Made by a program: the position numbers and the translations under genes. The notes beneath the pieces are model-generated. The model saw nothing but the letters and a program-made list of their open reading frames with translations. It was not told the DNA's origin and made no database searches. This document shows positions 56,390 to 56,636 of a stretch of DNA of 56,636 bases, one piece after another (the stretch's first letter is position 1; each line of letters begins with the position of its first letter). Source of the stretch: a virus (lineage: Duplodnaviria; Caudoviricetes); the IMG/VR virus record IMGVR_UViG_3300046167_000031, positions 1-56,636 of that record; one strand, written 5' to 3'.

Positions 56390-56636
56390 CATATATCGTA
56401 CCCCACCCGGCATGGCTCCTGCCCGGCCACCCTCCAAGGCGTGTATGCGGCTGCATTATGCGTAACCAAGCGCAGCGTTGGTGTTCACCGTCTGTTCAAC
56501 CCCTTGATATTGCATAGAATATGCAGTAGTTGACCGACCAAACCCAGTTGGAACAACTGTTATGGTATCAGTTGCCATCTGAAAGATGACTTGTGAAGGC
56601 CAGCCCTACAGATTTACAACAAGTTGTAAGGTTGAT
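56390..56636. repeat. Right direct terminal repeat
   Basis: Copy of 1-247. Confidence 0.95.

Noticed and set aside
1-56636. tRNA genes or a T7-like RNA polymerase
   Set aside because: No cloverleaf or T-loop consensus noticed in intergenic gaps and no ORF with RNAP motifs; by eye only, so tRNAscan-SE and HMM searches should confirm.

Overview
The window is an apparently complete linear genome (~56.6 kb) of a marine podovirus, bounded by a 247-bp direct terminal repeat. Three features match HMO-2011-type phages (SAR116/Roseobacter hosts): a family A DNA polymerase with an inserted DnaJ-type zinc finger, a tyrosine recombinase next to primase/helicase, and an MsmA-like oxygenase subunit. This is recognition by eye, not a database result. 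The + arm (0.5-18.6 kb) carries early and replication genes: DUF932, integrase, primase, helicase, PolA, SSB, exo- and endonucleases, DUF3310, class II RNR and MazG. The - arm (56-18.7 kb) carries lysis, packaging, head, tail and internal-virion genes. The two arms meet at a bidirectional terminator. I found no phage RNA polymerase, tRNA, CRISPR array or reverse transcriptase; transcription appears to use host sigma70-type promoters. Several late genes are split by single-base insertions that look like sequencing errors. The most notable unexplained structures are: (1) virion proteins ending in Cys-initiated domains (a Hint domain and a CFI-box-like domain), plus a shared [FMLY]xxGG motif across many late proteins, possibly a protein processing or targeting system; (2) a duplicated 4-gene tail cassette with three position-specific 'GDLA' paralogues per copy; (3) two families of repeated hairpins in the early region; (4) micro-gene cassettes with shared junction sequences; (5) an MsmA-like protein lacking Rieske ligands.
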